Part shown: positions 7,605 to 17,840 of the stretch, piece after piece
Numbering within the stretch: position 1 is the stretch's first letter
Layout of the letters: every line of letters starts with the position of its first letter
Source: Escherichia phage K1E
Sequence record: KY435490
Direction: 5' to 3' (one strand)
Length of the DNA stretch: 44,246 nucleotides
Position numbers and translations under genes: made by a program
The notes under the pieces: model-generated
Told to the model about the DNA's origin: nothing
Seen by the model: the letters and a program-made list of their open reading frames with translations, nothing else
Databases searched by the model: none

Positions 7605-10600
7605 TAATCCTCCAGTTCATCTAAGCCATAACGCAATGCGTTCTGGATTCCTATTACATTAGCTAGAGGCACTAAGCGTAAAGCCCTACGTGCCACATCT
7701 ACACCTTCTGTATCACCCTCTGCGTATTTAGTTATAGAATCTGCTAAACGATATGCATCTTGACCAACACCTACTAGTGGTATTTGGTCTATCAAACCCT
7801 TAGTCTGAAAGCCAGCCTCATAACGGGATTGTACTAACTCAGAAGGTAGAACACCTAGGCCACCTAAGAAATCTCCACCTAGACTAAATACAGCAGTTGT
7901 ACTCATCATACCCATTGCACCAAAGGCCAACCCTTTAGGCGATAACTTCTCTTCCAAATATTCATCTTGGTCTTCTCGACCAATAGAGTTCACATAGGCT
8001 TTTGCCGCATACACTATTGAACCCAAAGCAAAACCGTAAGCTGTCTTCTTAGCAAGACCAATTTTATCGTGGCGAATCCCTCGACCAAATTGCTTCTCAC
8101 CAGATACAAGAGAGAATGACTTAAGCTGTGCAAATGTCTTACCTAGTGCTTTGTTCATCCAGATACCTTCATCACCAATAAAGTTACGTTGGATAATTAG
8201 ACCTGACTTACGACGAATAGCATTAGCTAAAGTTTCACCCATGGCATAAGGCATTGTATCAAAGCCAAGCAAGCCAGAACCTTTAGAGTTAGCATCATAG
8301 TGCTTCTGTAGGTTAGTCATGAACTCCTGAGTAAGACCAAGTTCCTCCAGTTTCTTCTGAGGAATAATCTTCTTGCCTTCAAGGTGGTCAATGAAAGACA
8401 AAGCTATTTGCCTATTGGTCATTCGCTCCAGAGAACCCTGTGCCATGCGGAAGAGGGATAGGTTTGTCTGAGCACGTCGTATAGAGTTCATGGACTGGTC
8501 AAAATGGGCCATCATACCTCGCACTGTGGTTACATCACCAAACTCATCTGGACGCGCACCCTTAGTTGTTAGCCAGTTGTCTTCACCAATGTAACCTACC
8601 ATTCGCTCAACCTCAGCTAAATTCTTATCTCGAAAGAAGCCATCGCCATTACGCAACGCCTTAGAGGTGAAGCGGAATTGCTTACCTAAAGCCATAGTGG
8701 TGGCAGCAATACCAAACTCACCCATGAAGTTAGCAAGTTCACCTAGCTGTGCGAAGCCCATCTGACCTAAGCGAAGTACGCCTGTAATGTCACGCCCACG
8801 ACGCAGCATTTTAGTAGACAAATCTTGTGGGTTTGAATCGATAGATTTACCCATAATCAAGCGAAGCCCCTCTCGCATCTGACGGATTTCTTCATCAATA
8901 GCCAGACCTGCTGCTTCATCTTTCTCTTTCAATTTAAGTCGCTTCTTTAACTCTTCAATCTTCTCTTGTGCCTTCTTGTAATCAGGCTCTGATTGACGGA
9001 TCTTAGCCGACTCCGCTTCAAATTGTGCGTGTGCTTTTGTATCTTTAGCTGCATTTCGTGCATTTCGCTCTACAAGATCAATTGCATTAAGTGCAGCCTG
9101 ATAGGTAGAGAAACCTTGACGAGCCAAGGCAGCACCACCTGCAGCTTCCTTCATGTAGTTATCTGTTAACTCTTCCACGTTAGTGTTCATAAAGTCACGC
9201 ATACGAATACCATTGTACTCTTGAGTAACATCTAAGCCTAAACTCATCTTAGCTCGGTTAGAGATATTATCTCTGGTTTCTTTATTATCCAGAGCTTCTA
9301 CCATCTTTTCAATCTCTTCATCACTAAAGCCTGCTTTGCGCATGAGTGCTTCATATTCTGCTTTGGTTTGACCAGACATAGCCTTTTCAAAGCTAAGCTG
9401 TCCGGTCAAGGTGGCATCAGCAACGCGGTTTACTTGTGCTCGTGCAATATCATCAGCCACTTCCTTTGGAACCTTACGAGAACCATTCTGGTATGCACGA
9501 GAGAATAACTCAATGATGTCCTCTTTATCGTGCATACTGAATTGACGACGAGCCTTCATACTGTCAAAAATATCAGGCATGTACTTATCATCTGCTTTAA
9601 CCTTTTCAAACCCAGCTTCACCAGAGCGTTGACGTAATGCTAATGCTTCACGATACATAGCTTGCTGCCCCTCTGCTGCCATACGGATAGACTTAGGCGT
9701 AGACTCGTCCATACCGATGCGTACAGCTTCCCATACCTTCTCATTATATTGCTGCACATAGTGAGAGTTAGTATGACCTGCAACCGGGTTGATATTATTC
9801 TCTTTGAGCCATAAATCGAACCCATCGTTGAAACGATTCATATCAGCAGATTTCAGACGGTTCAAGTTAGTATTCTGCATGAGACTAGCAGATGCCTTCT
9901 GCATACCTAAGCCTTGGGGGGACTCAAACAGGCGAGCACCAAGGCCGCGTACACTTGCATCCTGAGAGGAATGTACGACAGTACCAAGGGCAGACAGAGT
10001 TCCGGCCCAGCGGCGAGGGGTCATATCAATTGCATTACCTTCCCGCTGTAGGGTTTTCAGCAAATCTTCACCTTTGCTAGAGACATCAAATGCACCCTCC
10101 GTGAGTACCTCTTCACCCTTAACACGCATCGCACCGATACTATCATCAGCAACAGCACGCACATAGCGGTCCCCTGCGTCTGCACTGCGCACAATGCTCG
10201 CAGCCCTGTCATCCCCTTGCTCACTGAGCTTAGTGGCCCTACCACGCGCTACAGCGCCAATAACGCCACCCATCGCCATACCGGAACCTAGTGCTACCAT
10301 AATGTCATCTAAATCACGAGTCATGTCACCTTGGACCAATACGGATTCAATAGCGGCATTACTCACGCCAGCGGCGATAGCGCCACGCACAGCACGTCCT
10401 ACGAGTCCAACTTTAGCGGCACCACCGGTTGGAATAGAGGCAACCCATCCCACAGGGTCAAGCACAGCAGCGCCAATCGTCGCCACAGAGCCAACCCAGC
10501 CAGCCTGAGCAATGCGCTTATTGCGCTCAAGGTCTTCATCAGCATTCTGAATACGGAAGTTCAATTCATCCTCAGAACGAACACCCTCAGTGATTGTCTG

Positions 10601-10912
10601 CATCATATCCGTACCATATTTGAAACGTAGTGCTTCACGTTGCTCAGGTTGTATCTCAAAGTCTGGTTGAGGTGTGAAATCAGCAGTGGCACGGTCATAC
10701 CACCGCTTGCCTCCGAATGCCAACCACTCATTCTGGAAGGCAGCACCTACAGCACCTAAAATATCAGCGTCAGCTTTAGCTTCAAGAACTTGCTCTTGTA
10801 ACTCATTACGCTGGCGTATCGTAGGAGCCGATACCGGAGCCGCCTCAATAGAAAACGGCTCAGGAGTAGACTGGACATATCCAGCCCAATTAGTCTTAAT
10901 GTCTTGTTCCAT
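7604..10912 (-). CDS. Internal virion (core/ejection) protein, gp16-like
   Basis: 1102 aa; position and size. Confidence 0.8.
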   Translation of the reverse strand: MEQDIKTNWAGYVQSTPEPFSIEAAPVSAPTIRQRNELQEQVLEAKADADILGAVGAAFQNEWLAFGGKRWYDRATADFTPQPDFEIQPEQREALRFKYGTDMMQTITEGVRSEDELNFRIQNADEDLERNKRIAQAGWVGSVATIGAAVLDPVGWVASIPTGGAAKVGLVGRAVRGAIAAGVSNAAIESVLVQGDMTRDLDDIMVALGSGMAMGGVIGAVARGRATKLSEQGDDRAASIVRSADAGDRYVRAVADDSIGAMRVKGEEVLTEGAFDVSSKGEDLLKTLQREGNAIDMTPRRWAGTLSALGTVVHSSQDASVRGLGARLFESPQGLGMQKASASLMQNTNLNRLKSADMNRFNDGFDLWLKENNINPVAGHTNSHYVQQYNEKVWEAVRIGMDESTPKSIRMAAEGQQAMYREALALRQRSGEAGFEKVKADDKYMPDIFDSMKARRQFSMHDKEDIIELFSRAYQNGSRKVPKEVADDIARAQVNRVADATLTGQLSFEKAMSGQTKAEYEALMRKAGFSDEEIEKMVEALDNKETRDNISNRAKMSLGLDVTQEYNGIRMRDFMNTNVEELTDNYMKEAAGGAALARQGFSTYQAALNAIDLVERNARNAAKDTKAHAQFEAESAKIRQSEPDYKKAQEKIEELKKRLKLKEKDEAAGLAIDEEIRQMREGLRLIMGKSIDSNPQDLSTKMLRRGRDITGVLRLGQMGFAQLGELANFMGEFGIAATTMALGKQFRFTSKALRNGDGFFRDKNLAEVERMVGYIGEDNWLTTKGARPDEFGDVTTVRGMMAHFDQSMNSIRRAQTNLSLFRMAQGSLERMTNRQIALSFIDHLEGKKIIPQKKLEELGLTQEFMTNLQKHYDANSKGSGLLGFDTMPYAMGETLANAIRRKSGLIIQRNFIGDEGIWMNKALGKTFAQLKSFSLVSGEKQFGRGIRHDKIGLAKKTAYGFALGSIVYAAKAYVNSIGREDQDEYLEEKLSPKGLAFGAMGMMSTTAVFSLGGDFLGGLGVLPSELVQSRYEAGFQTKGLIDQIPLVGVGQDAYRLADSITKYAEGDTEGVDVARRALRLVPLANVIGIQNALRYGLDELED

Positions 10913-10942
10913 AATTCCTCCATAGTGCCTATCATAAAGACC

Positions 10943-10960
10943 TGTCTCACATGTGAGACA
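10943..10960. repeat. Palindrome TGTCTCACATGTGAGACA (copy 1)
   Basis: Perfect 18-bp inverted repeat, intergenic. Confidence 0.6.
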
Positions 10961-10976
10961 AGCCTTGAGTTAGGTA

Positions 10977-13925
10977 CTACAACTTAACTTTACCTACCTT
11001 AGAACCTTTAGCTAACTTGGTAGGTGCAGCCTCATAAACCTGATACCAACCATCCGCGCCAATACGTTTATGAGTCCATGCCGAGACAGAACCTGCTGGC
11101 ATAGGTCCACCAAACCTAACCCACATGGAGCCATCTTCACGAGTCTCCACTTCGGTAATCTTAGGCACACCACCAGCAGATGCCATATTGTATGCCTCAG
11201 CGCGTCGCTTCAGTAGGCCAGGAATACGCTTACCTTCACTTGATGCAGTGCCCAGCATTTCGATAAAGCCTTCCGTAAGCTTACCAGCTTTAAATGCAGC
11301 AAGAGCACGCGGTGAGTTCTGGATTCCACCTTTACCTAAATTGTAGGTTAAATCCATCAAGCCACGTTGCTGTGCAGGATGCATCTGGTCAAACGGAATC
11401 TTCCAGTCACGAGTAGGAGGCACATGCTTCTTAGCATCTTGCTCCATAAGAGCGCGAGCCTTGCTCTCTGTAAGCTGAGACATAGACCCTCGATAGGGAA
11501 CTAGTTCATCACCAATCTTAATATACCCGTTTCGCTTCTCTTCTTCCGTTAAGAAATGACCGTAACCGATAGACTCACCGCGAGCGTCTTTATATGGAGT
11601 AAAGGTTCCAGTTGCCTTATTAAAGCCAACTTTATCTTTATTCTCATCCATAGCTAGCTTGTCATAGAATTGTTGCATATTACCTCGATAGTTAATCTCG
11701 AAGTTAGAAGGCAGATTCTCACCAGAAGCAAAAGCAGAAGACATGAGGAAGTTAGCTAGTCCAAATTTACCAATATCTTTGGCAGTTGGTTTAGCTGGCA
11801 TAGGCTCTTGTGCACCAATATCTGTACGATACGGGTGAACATACTCGCCTTTATCTCGTTCCTCTACTTTCTTCTGATAGGCAGAATCTAGTAGTGAAGT
11901 GGTATCTAAAGAGGTTACAGGGATTACTCCAGAAAGAGGGCGACCTGCTGCACCAGCACGAATCACAAAAGTTCCTTTCTGTTCATTGTAATCAATGTAT
12001 ATATCATCTTTAGTTTCCCACTCTTGAAGCTCCTTCTTCAATTCTGGCATCTGTGTTTCTACATACCTACCAAGCGCCAGAGGTACATCGGTAGGGTTTA
12101 CGCCTTTCCCAACTGACATAAGCATATCAGATGCAGAAGTGTAATCACCTTTAATGAAATAGCCACCGGAAGTCTTTGCATCCTCTGATTGAGTGTAGCG
12201 TTTATTGCCCCAAGTAATTAAAGCCTTCTTGATAGAATCCATGTTACGCATACCGCTAGACCACAACATATTGGCCTTAGCTCGTAACTCTTCTTCCGCA
12301 ATAGCTTTACCTAAGTCTGACACTTCGGTTTTACCATCAAACCAGCCAGCACCAGATACCTCATCCAGTGCATCTCCAATAGCTGAGTTGAACTTCTTGG
12401 TTTCCTTCTCAGTACGAGAGAATTTCTGCTGTGCTTCACGCGCAAACCTTGCAGCCTGCAAAGGTGTCTCTCCCATTTGTAGTGCAGTGTTGTAGTTATC
12501 CATGTAGCCATTAACCGTGTCACCAAAGACACCTCGGCTCTCTTCTGGCAACTGTTCCCACAACTGGCGAATAGTCATCAACTCCTGTGGTTCGCCCTTG
12601 GCAAAGTGCTCAGGCGATAGCATAGATTCCATGGCTTTGATACGAGACTCAAAGGTGTCATCCACTAAGCCTTTGGAGTTCATGAATTGCAGACGCTGCA
12701 CTTCCACTGCACCACGAATAGCTTCAGCCTCTTGACTGTAAGGATCCAAGCCACGTTGTTTGATTTGCTGGTCTGCATAAAGTTGGCTATCCTGTTTGAT
12801 AACATCAATGTAAGCCTTCTTCTCTTTATCAGTCTTACCTTGGAAGCCAGTCAGGCGGTCGGAGTAAAGCTCACGTCGCATATCCTGCATTGCACCTAGC
12901 TCTGCATTTTGCTTAGCCCGTTGGCGCATCAGTGCCTCTAGCTCTGGATTAGAGAAGACATAGTTACCTGTCAGATTATTAATGTGCTGTGCTCGTTCCA
13001 ACAATTCTTCATCAGTTAAATCACCTGCAAGGTATGATTCTTTAACTTCGAAAGACATACGAGTTACATCAGCTACATTATTCCTAGCCCAAACTGCATT
13101 ACCACTAGTGATGGCTGTGATAAGCTGTGGATTCTTAGCATAAACAGAAACACCCTTATCGTCCTTCACATACTTCAGGGCTTCAGCCATGCTAACATCA
13201 CCGCCTTGTGCAAGTGAAATTGCTCGCTGGACTAACTTCTTGTGCATCTGTTCAGGTAGTAATCCTTGAGTAAGACCTTCGCGGATTCGTTCCTGTAAAG
13301 CATAGCCAGAAGCTTCAGGGTCAATATTAGAATCCCAAGTAGAAGCCACTCGCCCGTCAAAGGTATCCTCACGGTCTGCTTGTTCACGGTCAAGTTTATG
13401 CTGGGTCCGTGTAGCCCAAATCTGAGGCTGCTGTTCTTGGAAGACATTAGTGACCATACGCATAGTATCTTTGTCACCTTGCAACTCAGGGTATTGCTGG
13501 AACAGCTTATTCTGCATCTCATTACGAGAGTCAACCATAAGTTGTGTCCACTCGTCATCCGTCCCTTGGAAACGAGTAGCCATGTCTTTCATTCGTGCTG
13601 CTTCATCATTAGCTAGCAGTTGAGCTTTGACAAGCATGTTAGCACGAGCGCCACCACGAGTTGCATCCTCAGAAGGCATTAATCCGTTATATGCCCGTTC
13701 CATTTGAACAACCTTATCTTCCTCAATCTTCTGATTAAGGATACCAGTGGTAACATCAGCCACGCTGCTTGCTGCACGAATAAGATCTTCGATAAATCTA
13801 CTACCGGAGGTAGAAGCCACGCCAGCCTCCACACCTCCCACTTGTTGAGGTGCAAAGGTCATGACATTAGGAGAAGTGGCCTGCACTTGTGGCAGACCTT
13901 GTACTGCTTGTCGCTCAATTGCCAT
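10977..13925 (-). CDS. Internal virion protein, gp15-like, with a C-terminal lysozyme-like domain
   Basis: 982 aa; C-terminal ...FTPYKDARGESIGYGHFL... resembles the Y.D..G..TIG.GH signature of T4/P22 lysozymes (GH24). Confidence 0.8.
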   Translation of the reverse strand: MAIERQAVQGLPQVQATSPNVMTFAPQQVGGVEAGVASTSGSRFIEDLIRAASSVADVTTGILNQKIEEDKVVQMERAYNGLMPSEDATRGGARANMLVKAQLLANDEAARMKDMATRFQGTDDEWTQLMVDSRNEMQNKLFQQYPELQGDKDTMRMVTNVFQEQQPQIWATRTQHKLDREQADREDTFDGRVASTWDSNIDPEASGYALQERIREGLTQGLLPEQMHKKLVQRAISLAQGGDVSMAEALKYVKDDKGVSVYAKNPQLITAITSGNAVWARNNVADVTRMSFEVKESYLAGDLTDEELLERAQHINNLTGNYVFSNPELEALMRQRAKQNAELGAMQDMRRELYSDRLTGFQGKTDKEKKAYIDVIKQDSQLYADQQIKQRGLDPYSQEAEAIRGAVEVQRLQFMNSKGLVDDTFESRIKAMESMLSPEHFAKGEPQELMTIRQLWEQLPEESRGVFGDTVNGYMDNYNTALQMGETPLQAARFAREAQQKFSRTEKETKKFNSAIGDALDEVSGAGWFDGKTEVSDLGKAIAEEELRAKANMLWSSGMRNMDSIKKALITWGNKRYTQSEDAKTSGGYFIKGDYTSASDMLMSVGKGVNPTDVPLALGRYVETQMPELKKELQEWETKDDIYIDYNEQKGTFVIRAGAAGRPLSGVIPVTSLDTTSLLDSAYQKKVEERDKGEYVHPYRTDIGAQEPMPAKPTAKDIGKFGLANFLMSSAFASGENLPSNFEINYRGNMQQFYDKLAMDENKDKVGFNKATGTFTPYKDARGESIGYGHFLTEEEKRNGYIKIGDELVPYRGSMSQLTESKARALMEQDAKKHVPPTRDWKIPFDQMHPAQQRGLMDLTYNLGKGGIQNSPRALAAFKAGKLTEGFIEMLGTASSEGKRIPGLLKRRAEAYNMASAGGVPKITEVETREDGSMWVRFGGPMPAGSVSAWTHKRIGADGWYQVYEAAPTKLAKGSKVGKVKL

Positions 13926-14647
13926 TAAATACCTCTTGTTCCAGATGAATATGTGCGAGAATCAGTTAAGGCTTTACCCAATGCCTTGCCAGACTTACTA
14001 CCAGTTACATAGGCAGATGCCAGACTTGGAATACCTTTAACCAAGGTATTCATAGCAGAAGGCTTCTTAAACTCACGCATCTGCATCTGACCACCACGTT
14101 GGATAGACTTAAGCTGGTTGGTGAAATTAATCTTCTGATTCTCATAGTTATCAATGATAGTACTCTGGTTCCTGCCGCCATCTGCTGCTAAGTCATTAAG
14201 CATAGAGGACACAGAATTACCACCAGTACCAGTAGCCCCAGCAAGTAATGCAACCTGTGCTCGCTGCTGTAGCAGTGAAGCCTGATTACTGATTGCATCT
14301 GCATGATATTGTTTAGCAGCAGAACGTTCTGCGTCTGCCACTGTCTTGTACGCCTCTTGTGTAGCAATAAGCTGCTGCCGCCATTGCTCTTCTTGTGCTT
14401 TCTTCATCGCCTTGGCTTCATCACTTCCACCAAATAGATCACCAATCAAGCCTAACCCTTGAAGGCCAGCACCAAGAAGGCCAGCATTAGAGAAACCAGC
14501 AGTGGAACCACTTAGGAATCCGCCTAGTGAACCTAGCAAACCTCCGCCACCTGCGGCAGCACCTCCAGCAGCGGCTGCTGCACCACTGCCTGCAAACATG
14601 CTACCAATAGAAGACATACCAGCCATAACGGCTGAACCTATAGCCAT
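13925..14647 (-). CDS. Internal virion protein, gp14-like (Gly/Ala-rich)
   Basis: Internal ATG at 14647 overlaps the upstream stop (TAATG); Gly/Ala-rich N-terminus. Confidence 0.7.
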   Translation of the reverse strand: MAIGSAVMAGMSSIGSMFAGSGAAAAAGGAAAGGGGLLGSLGGFLSGSTAGFSNAGLLGAGLQGLGLIGDLFGGSDEAKAMKKAQEEQWRQQLIATQEAYKTVADAERSAAKQYHADAISNQASLLQQRAQVALLAGATGTGGNSVSSMLNDLAADGGRNQSTIIDNYENQKINFTNQLKSIQRGGQMQMREFKKPSAMNTLVKGIPSLASAYVTGSKSGKALGKALTDSRTYSSGTRGI

Positions 14648-17049
14648 TAGACCCTCCTTTTGGTTGGATTGTAACTCCCTTCCCACTCAATATCGCGAAG
14701 CTGGAATGTATGAGGTGATTCTACAATAATACGATAAACAGCATCCGTACTCTTAGCCCTCAGTGGGAATCTGAAGACACCCTCCCTTGGTTCAACATAA
14801 CCTACTGTGTTGTTGAGAGCACCACCTATACGGTTTGACGCTAGCACCCTGCGTACTTTACCACTCTTCACATTCTTAACTTCCACAGAGAAATCAGGAT
14901 ACATATCAAGATTAAGGTGAACCAACCCCACAACAGGTACATCAATATAGGATACACGATCTTGCCTATCTCTGATAACTACAGGTGTAGGTTCAAACTC
15001 TTGAGGGTAAATCTGACCAACAATAACCTTCGCTTTTACGTGGTTATCATCGTGCATGTCAAAGGTTGTAGACAAGGTGTTATCACTAGGGTTATATTTG
15101 AACAGGAAAGAACCTCCAATGTATGAATCCCACCCTTCTATTAAGATGCAATCCAAAAGTTCTGGGTTAGTAGGAGTCCAAGGAAGTGGTTCAGATATCC
15201 ATTCATCTTCTGCTTTAAAATGCTTGAAGATCAACTCTGCTTGCCTATCCATTCTGATGCGGTCATTCAAACCATAGGTTAGTGCATCACCCATGTCCAT
15301 CTTCTCCAGATAGACGCCATCGCCTCGCTCAAGGAGTAGATAAAGTAATTCACCAGAATAAAACATACCTCGCACCTTTGTACCCATAGGCCACTCCCAT
15401 ACATGCCATGCTGATTGTACACGGTCTGTACCTTGCCATAACCAATCATAGCAATAAATTATGTTACGATACTTATCAGTAGTGACAAGCAATCGGTTGA
15501 CATTGGTACTTGCTGCCATGTTGATAATGTTACCTTCGATAAGCTTATTCACATGACTTGTGATTGCTTGTGCCTTCTTAGTGTCACTATAAGAGTCTGT
15601 ATAGAACTCTCGGACACCAGAGTAAGCACCATCGTTAGTGGCAAACATTACCGATTCACCAGTTACTACTGGCTTCACTTTATTGTTCACTTCAAATGTT
15701 GTAACAGGCTTAAGCAGTGCATTTGACTTCTCTAAAGGCTTATCGCCTGGCAGTATGAATTGTGACTTATCAGAGAACAACACGGTAGCGCCATCTAAGG
15801 TCACTGCATGTTTTAGCTGGTAGACTTCACTAGCATCTGAGAAAATATCAAATGGGTCAGTTGCCAATGCAGAGATAACCGTATAACGAAAGAAATCGAA
15901 GAAGTATGATGTACGAGAAGCAATAACCGCTTCACCTGCTGTAAAGCATAGGCGGTTCTGTACCATGAACATCCCACCTATTGTCTGGGGCACTTCCTCA
16001 TCAATAAAAGAGGGCATAGGGTTAGTCAAGTCGTCCCCTACTTTACGATCTTCCCAATCACCTTGTCTTATCTTGAATTGAGCTATGCCGTCAATGATAC
16101 CTGTACGTTCAATGATGTAAGGCATTGTGCCTTTATCAAACCCGAGTAATACATCAGCAGCTATTGTTTCTTTCCAAGACACAAGGTTTCCCTCTTTAGG
16201 CTCAGCTTGCAGCCAGTAACGAGACTCAGGTTTGCTGCCAGTAGGCCACACTTGTACTTTATAACCAGCAGGCGCACGAGAAGGGAGTAGGTCAGTAGAG
16301 CTAACTTTATTCTTGATAGCCACTAAGTCCTTACCTTTTGCACCATCGGTGGTTGTTATTGTAAAGCTAGCACCATCCCGTCTCTCGATAAATATACTAG
16401 TACCGTCTCTTTGTATTTCATAGTCACTCACACCGCTCCATTGCTGCAACTTAGAGTACAATTCAGAAGTGATACGTTCAGTTCGAATTTGTTCAACATG
16501 GTCTGCACTTCCACCATCCGGTGTTTTAAAACTAGCAGCGTTGGTCCCATTAATTACAATGGAATAAGATGTACCATATTGACCATACGCACAAAACACA
16601 ATGGCTTTGTTTCCAACTTTAGGTGACTTCCTATTACTAACTTTAACCACTTTCCTACGGTTAAGCATAAAAGTAACATCAGCTATAGTCATGAATTGCA
16701 CATCTTCCCTAGGGTTAACAACTTCAGAAAGGTAGGTCATAGGTGCATCTTGAGAGATGACATTGCACTTGCGTCCATGCTTATCAAATATCTCTGGCAC
16801 TTGCCCTTTCTTTAAGGTGAAGAAATACTCTTCATCCCCCTCACCCCTGCGATAATGGTGCGTTGCCATATTATCTGTACCTTCATCCAAGAGCTTAGCA
16901 ATGTGAGTTGTACCCATGCGGGATTGAGTCCCATTCACTACATCAGGGACCATGTTCACCATAGTCGTACATTGACCATCAAGACGTACCGCTGGAGGTT
17001 GCTGGCTAATCCCTTGGATTTGCCTCCCTAATGAACCTTGTACTTCCAT
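14647..17049 (-). CDS. Tail tubular protein B (gp12-like)
   Basis: 800 aa; ATG at 17049 overlaps the tail tubular A stop (TAATG). Confidence 0.85.
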   Translation of the reverse strand: MEVQGSLGRQIQGISQQPPAVRLDGQCTTMVNMVPDVVNGTQSRMGTTHIAKLLDEGTDNMATHHYRRGEGDEEYFFTLKKGQVPEIFDKHGRKCNVISQDAPMTYLSEVVNPREDVQFMTIADVTFMLNRRKVVKVSNRKSPKVGNKAIVFCAYGQYGTSYSIVINGTNAASFKTPDGGSADHVEQIRTERITSELYSKLQQWSGVSDYEIQRDGTSIFIERRDGASFTITTTDGAKGKDLVAIKNKVSSTDLLPSRAPAGYKVQVWPTGSKPESRYWLQAEPKEGNLVSWKETIAADVLLGFDKGTMPYIIERTGIIDGIAQFKIRQGDWEDRKVGDDLTNPMPSFIDEEVPQTIGGMFMVQNRLCFTAGEAVIASRTSYFFDFFRYTVISALATDPFDIFSDASEVYQLKHAVTLDGATVLFSDKSQFILPGDKPLEKSNALLKPVTTFEVNNKVKPVVTGESVMFATNDGAYSGVREFYTDSYSDTKKAQAITSHVNKLIEGNIINMAASTNVNRLLVTTDKYRNIIYCYDWLWQGTDRVQSAWHVWEWPMGTKVRGMFYSGELLYLLLERGDGVYLEKMDMGDALTYGLNDRIRMDRQAELIFKHFKAEDEWISEPLPWTPTNPELLDCILIEGWDSYIGGSFLFKYNPSDNTLSTTFDMHDDNHVKAKVIVGQIYPQEFEPTPVVIRDRQDRVSYIDVPVVGLVHLNLDMYPDFSVEVKNVKSGKVRRVLASNRIGGALNNTVGYVEPREGVFRFPLRAKSTDAVYRIIVESPHTFQLRDIEWEGSYNPTKRRV

Positions 17050-17786
17050 TAACGATCCTCCCACGGACGAAGTGCCCAACTATCATATGGTGAATGAGAG
17101 TAAGCAGGTACATTCTGAGAACCACCCGCCATAATGCCGAACTGACGCTGCGTAGGGTTATGCACAAGCATATTCAGTCGCTTTTGTGACATTTGTTCGG
17201 ATTGCACATCCATAAGAAGTTGAGTGGCAATCTGCTGTGCAGTGGCTAGCTTAGTCTGATCTGCATCCTTAGACACAATAAACTCTACAGCAGCTTGATA
17301 GGCAATAGCCTGCATTACACTAGTAGGTAGATGCTCATATGGAAGTAAGGTGAGTAAGGTAAGACGAATCATACCATTAGCATTCACATGCTTACGCATA
17401 TCAAAGGTATGACTCCATGTAGAGTAGAGCTTACCTGCTCGCATAGTCATGGGTACTTTCTTCTCACCTAAAGCATAACACTGCAATACTGCTAGGCAGT
17501 TGTTAGGTAGATTGACTTCACCATTGGTATCAGGTGCAATCTGCCAGTTTGGTTCACGATTGAACCACCAGCCACCTCCTTTGTTGTACTGGAATCGCTG
17601 GGATACGATGTCGATCATCTTGCTTGCATCTTCTGCGTCCAAGTCACCTGAGTCGAGAGAATCCACACCCTCACGACCAATAGCTCGCATACACAAGTTT
17701 ACCGCTTCCAGCTTACTATCAATAATCTGGAAGGCCACATCTTCCATCATATGTCCTACTTTACTGGTTTGTCTAATTACAGGCAT
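17049..17786 (-). CDS. Tail tubular protein A (gp11-like)
   Basis: ATG at 17786 after AGGAGG; 245 aa. Confidence 0.8.
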   Translation of the reverse strand: MPVIRQTSKVGHMMEDVAFQIIDSKLEAVNLCMRAIGREGVDSLDSGDLDAEDASKMIDIVSQRFQYNKGGGWWFNREPNWQIAPDTNGEVNLPNNCLAVLQCYALGEKKVPMTMRAGKLYSTWSHTFDMRKHVNANGMIRLTLLTLLPYEHLPTSVMQAIAYQAAVEFIVSKDADQTKLATAQQIATQLLMDVQSEQMSQKRLNMLVHNPTQRQFGIMAGGSQNVPAYSHSPYDSWALRPWEDR

Positions 17787-17799
17787 GAATCCTCCTAAC

Positions 17800-17826
17800 A
17801 AAAAGAACCCTACCTACGCAAGGTAG
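17800..17826 (-). terminator. Stem-loop plus T-run after the capsid gene (T7 T-phi analogue)
   Basis: Coding-strand CTACCT-tgcgt-AGGTAG followed by GGTTCTTTTTG, between the capsid stop and the gp11 RBS. Confidence 0.45.
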
Positions 17827-17840
17827 ATAGGGCATAGGTA

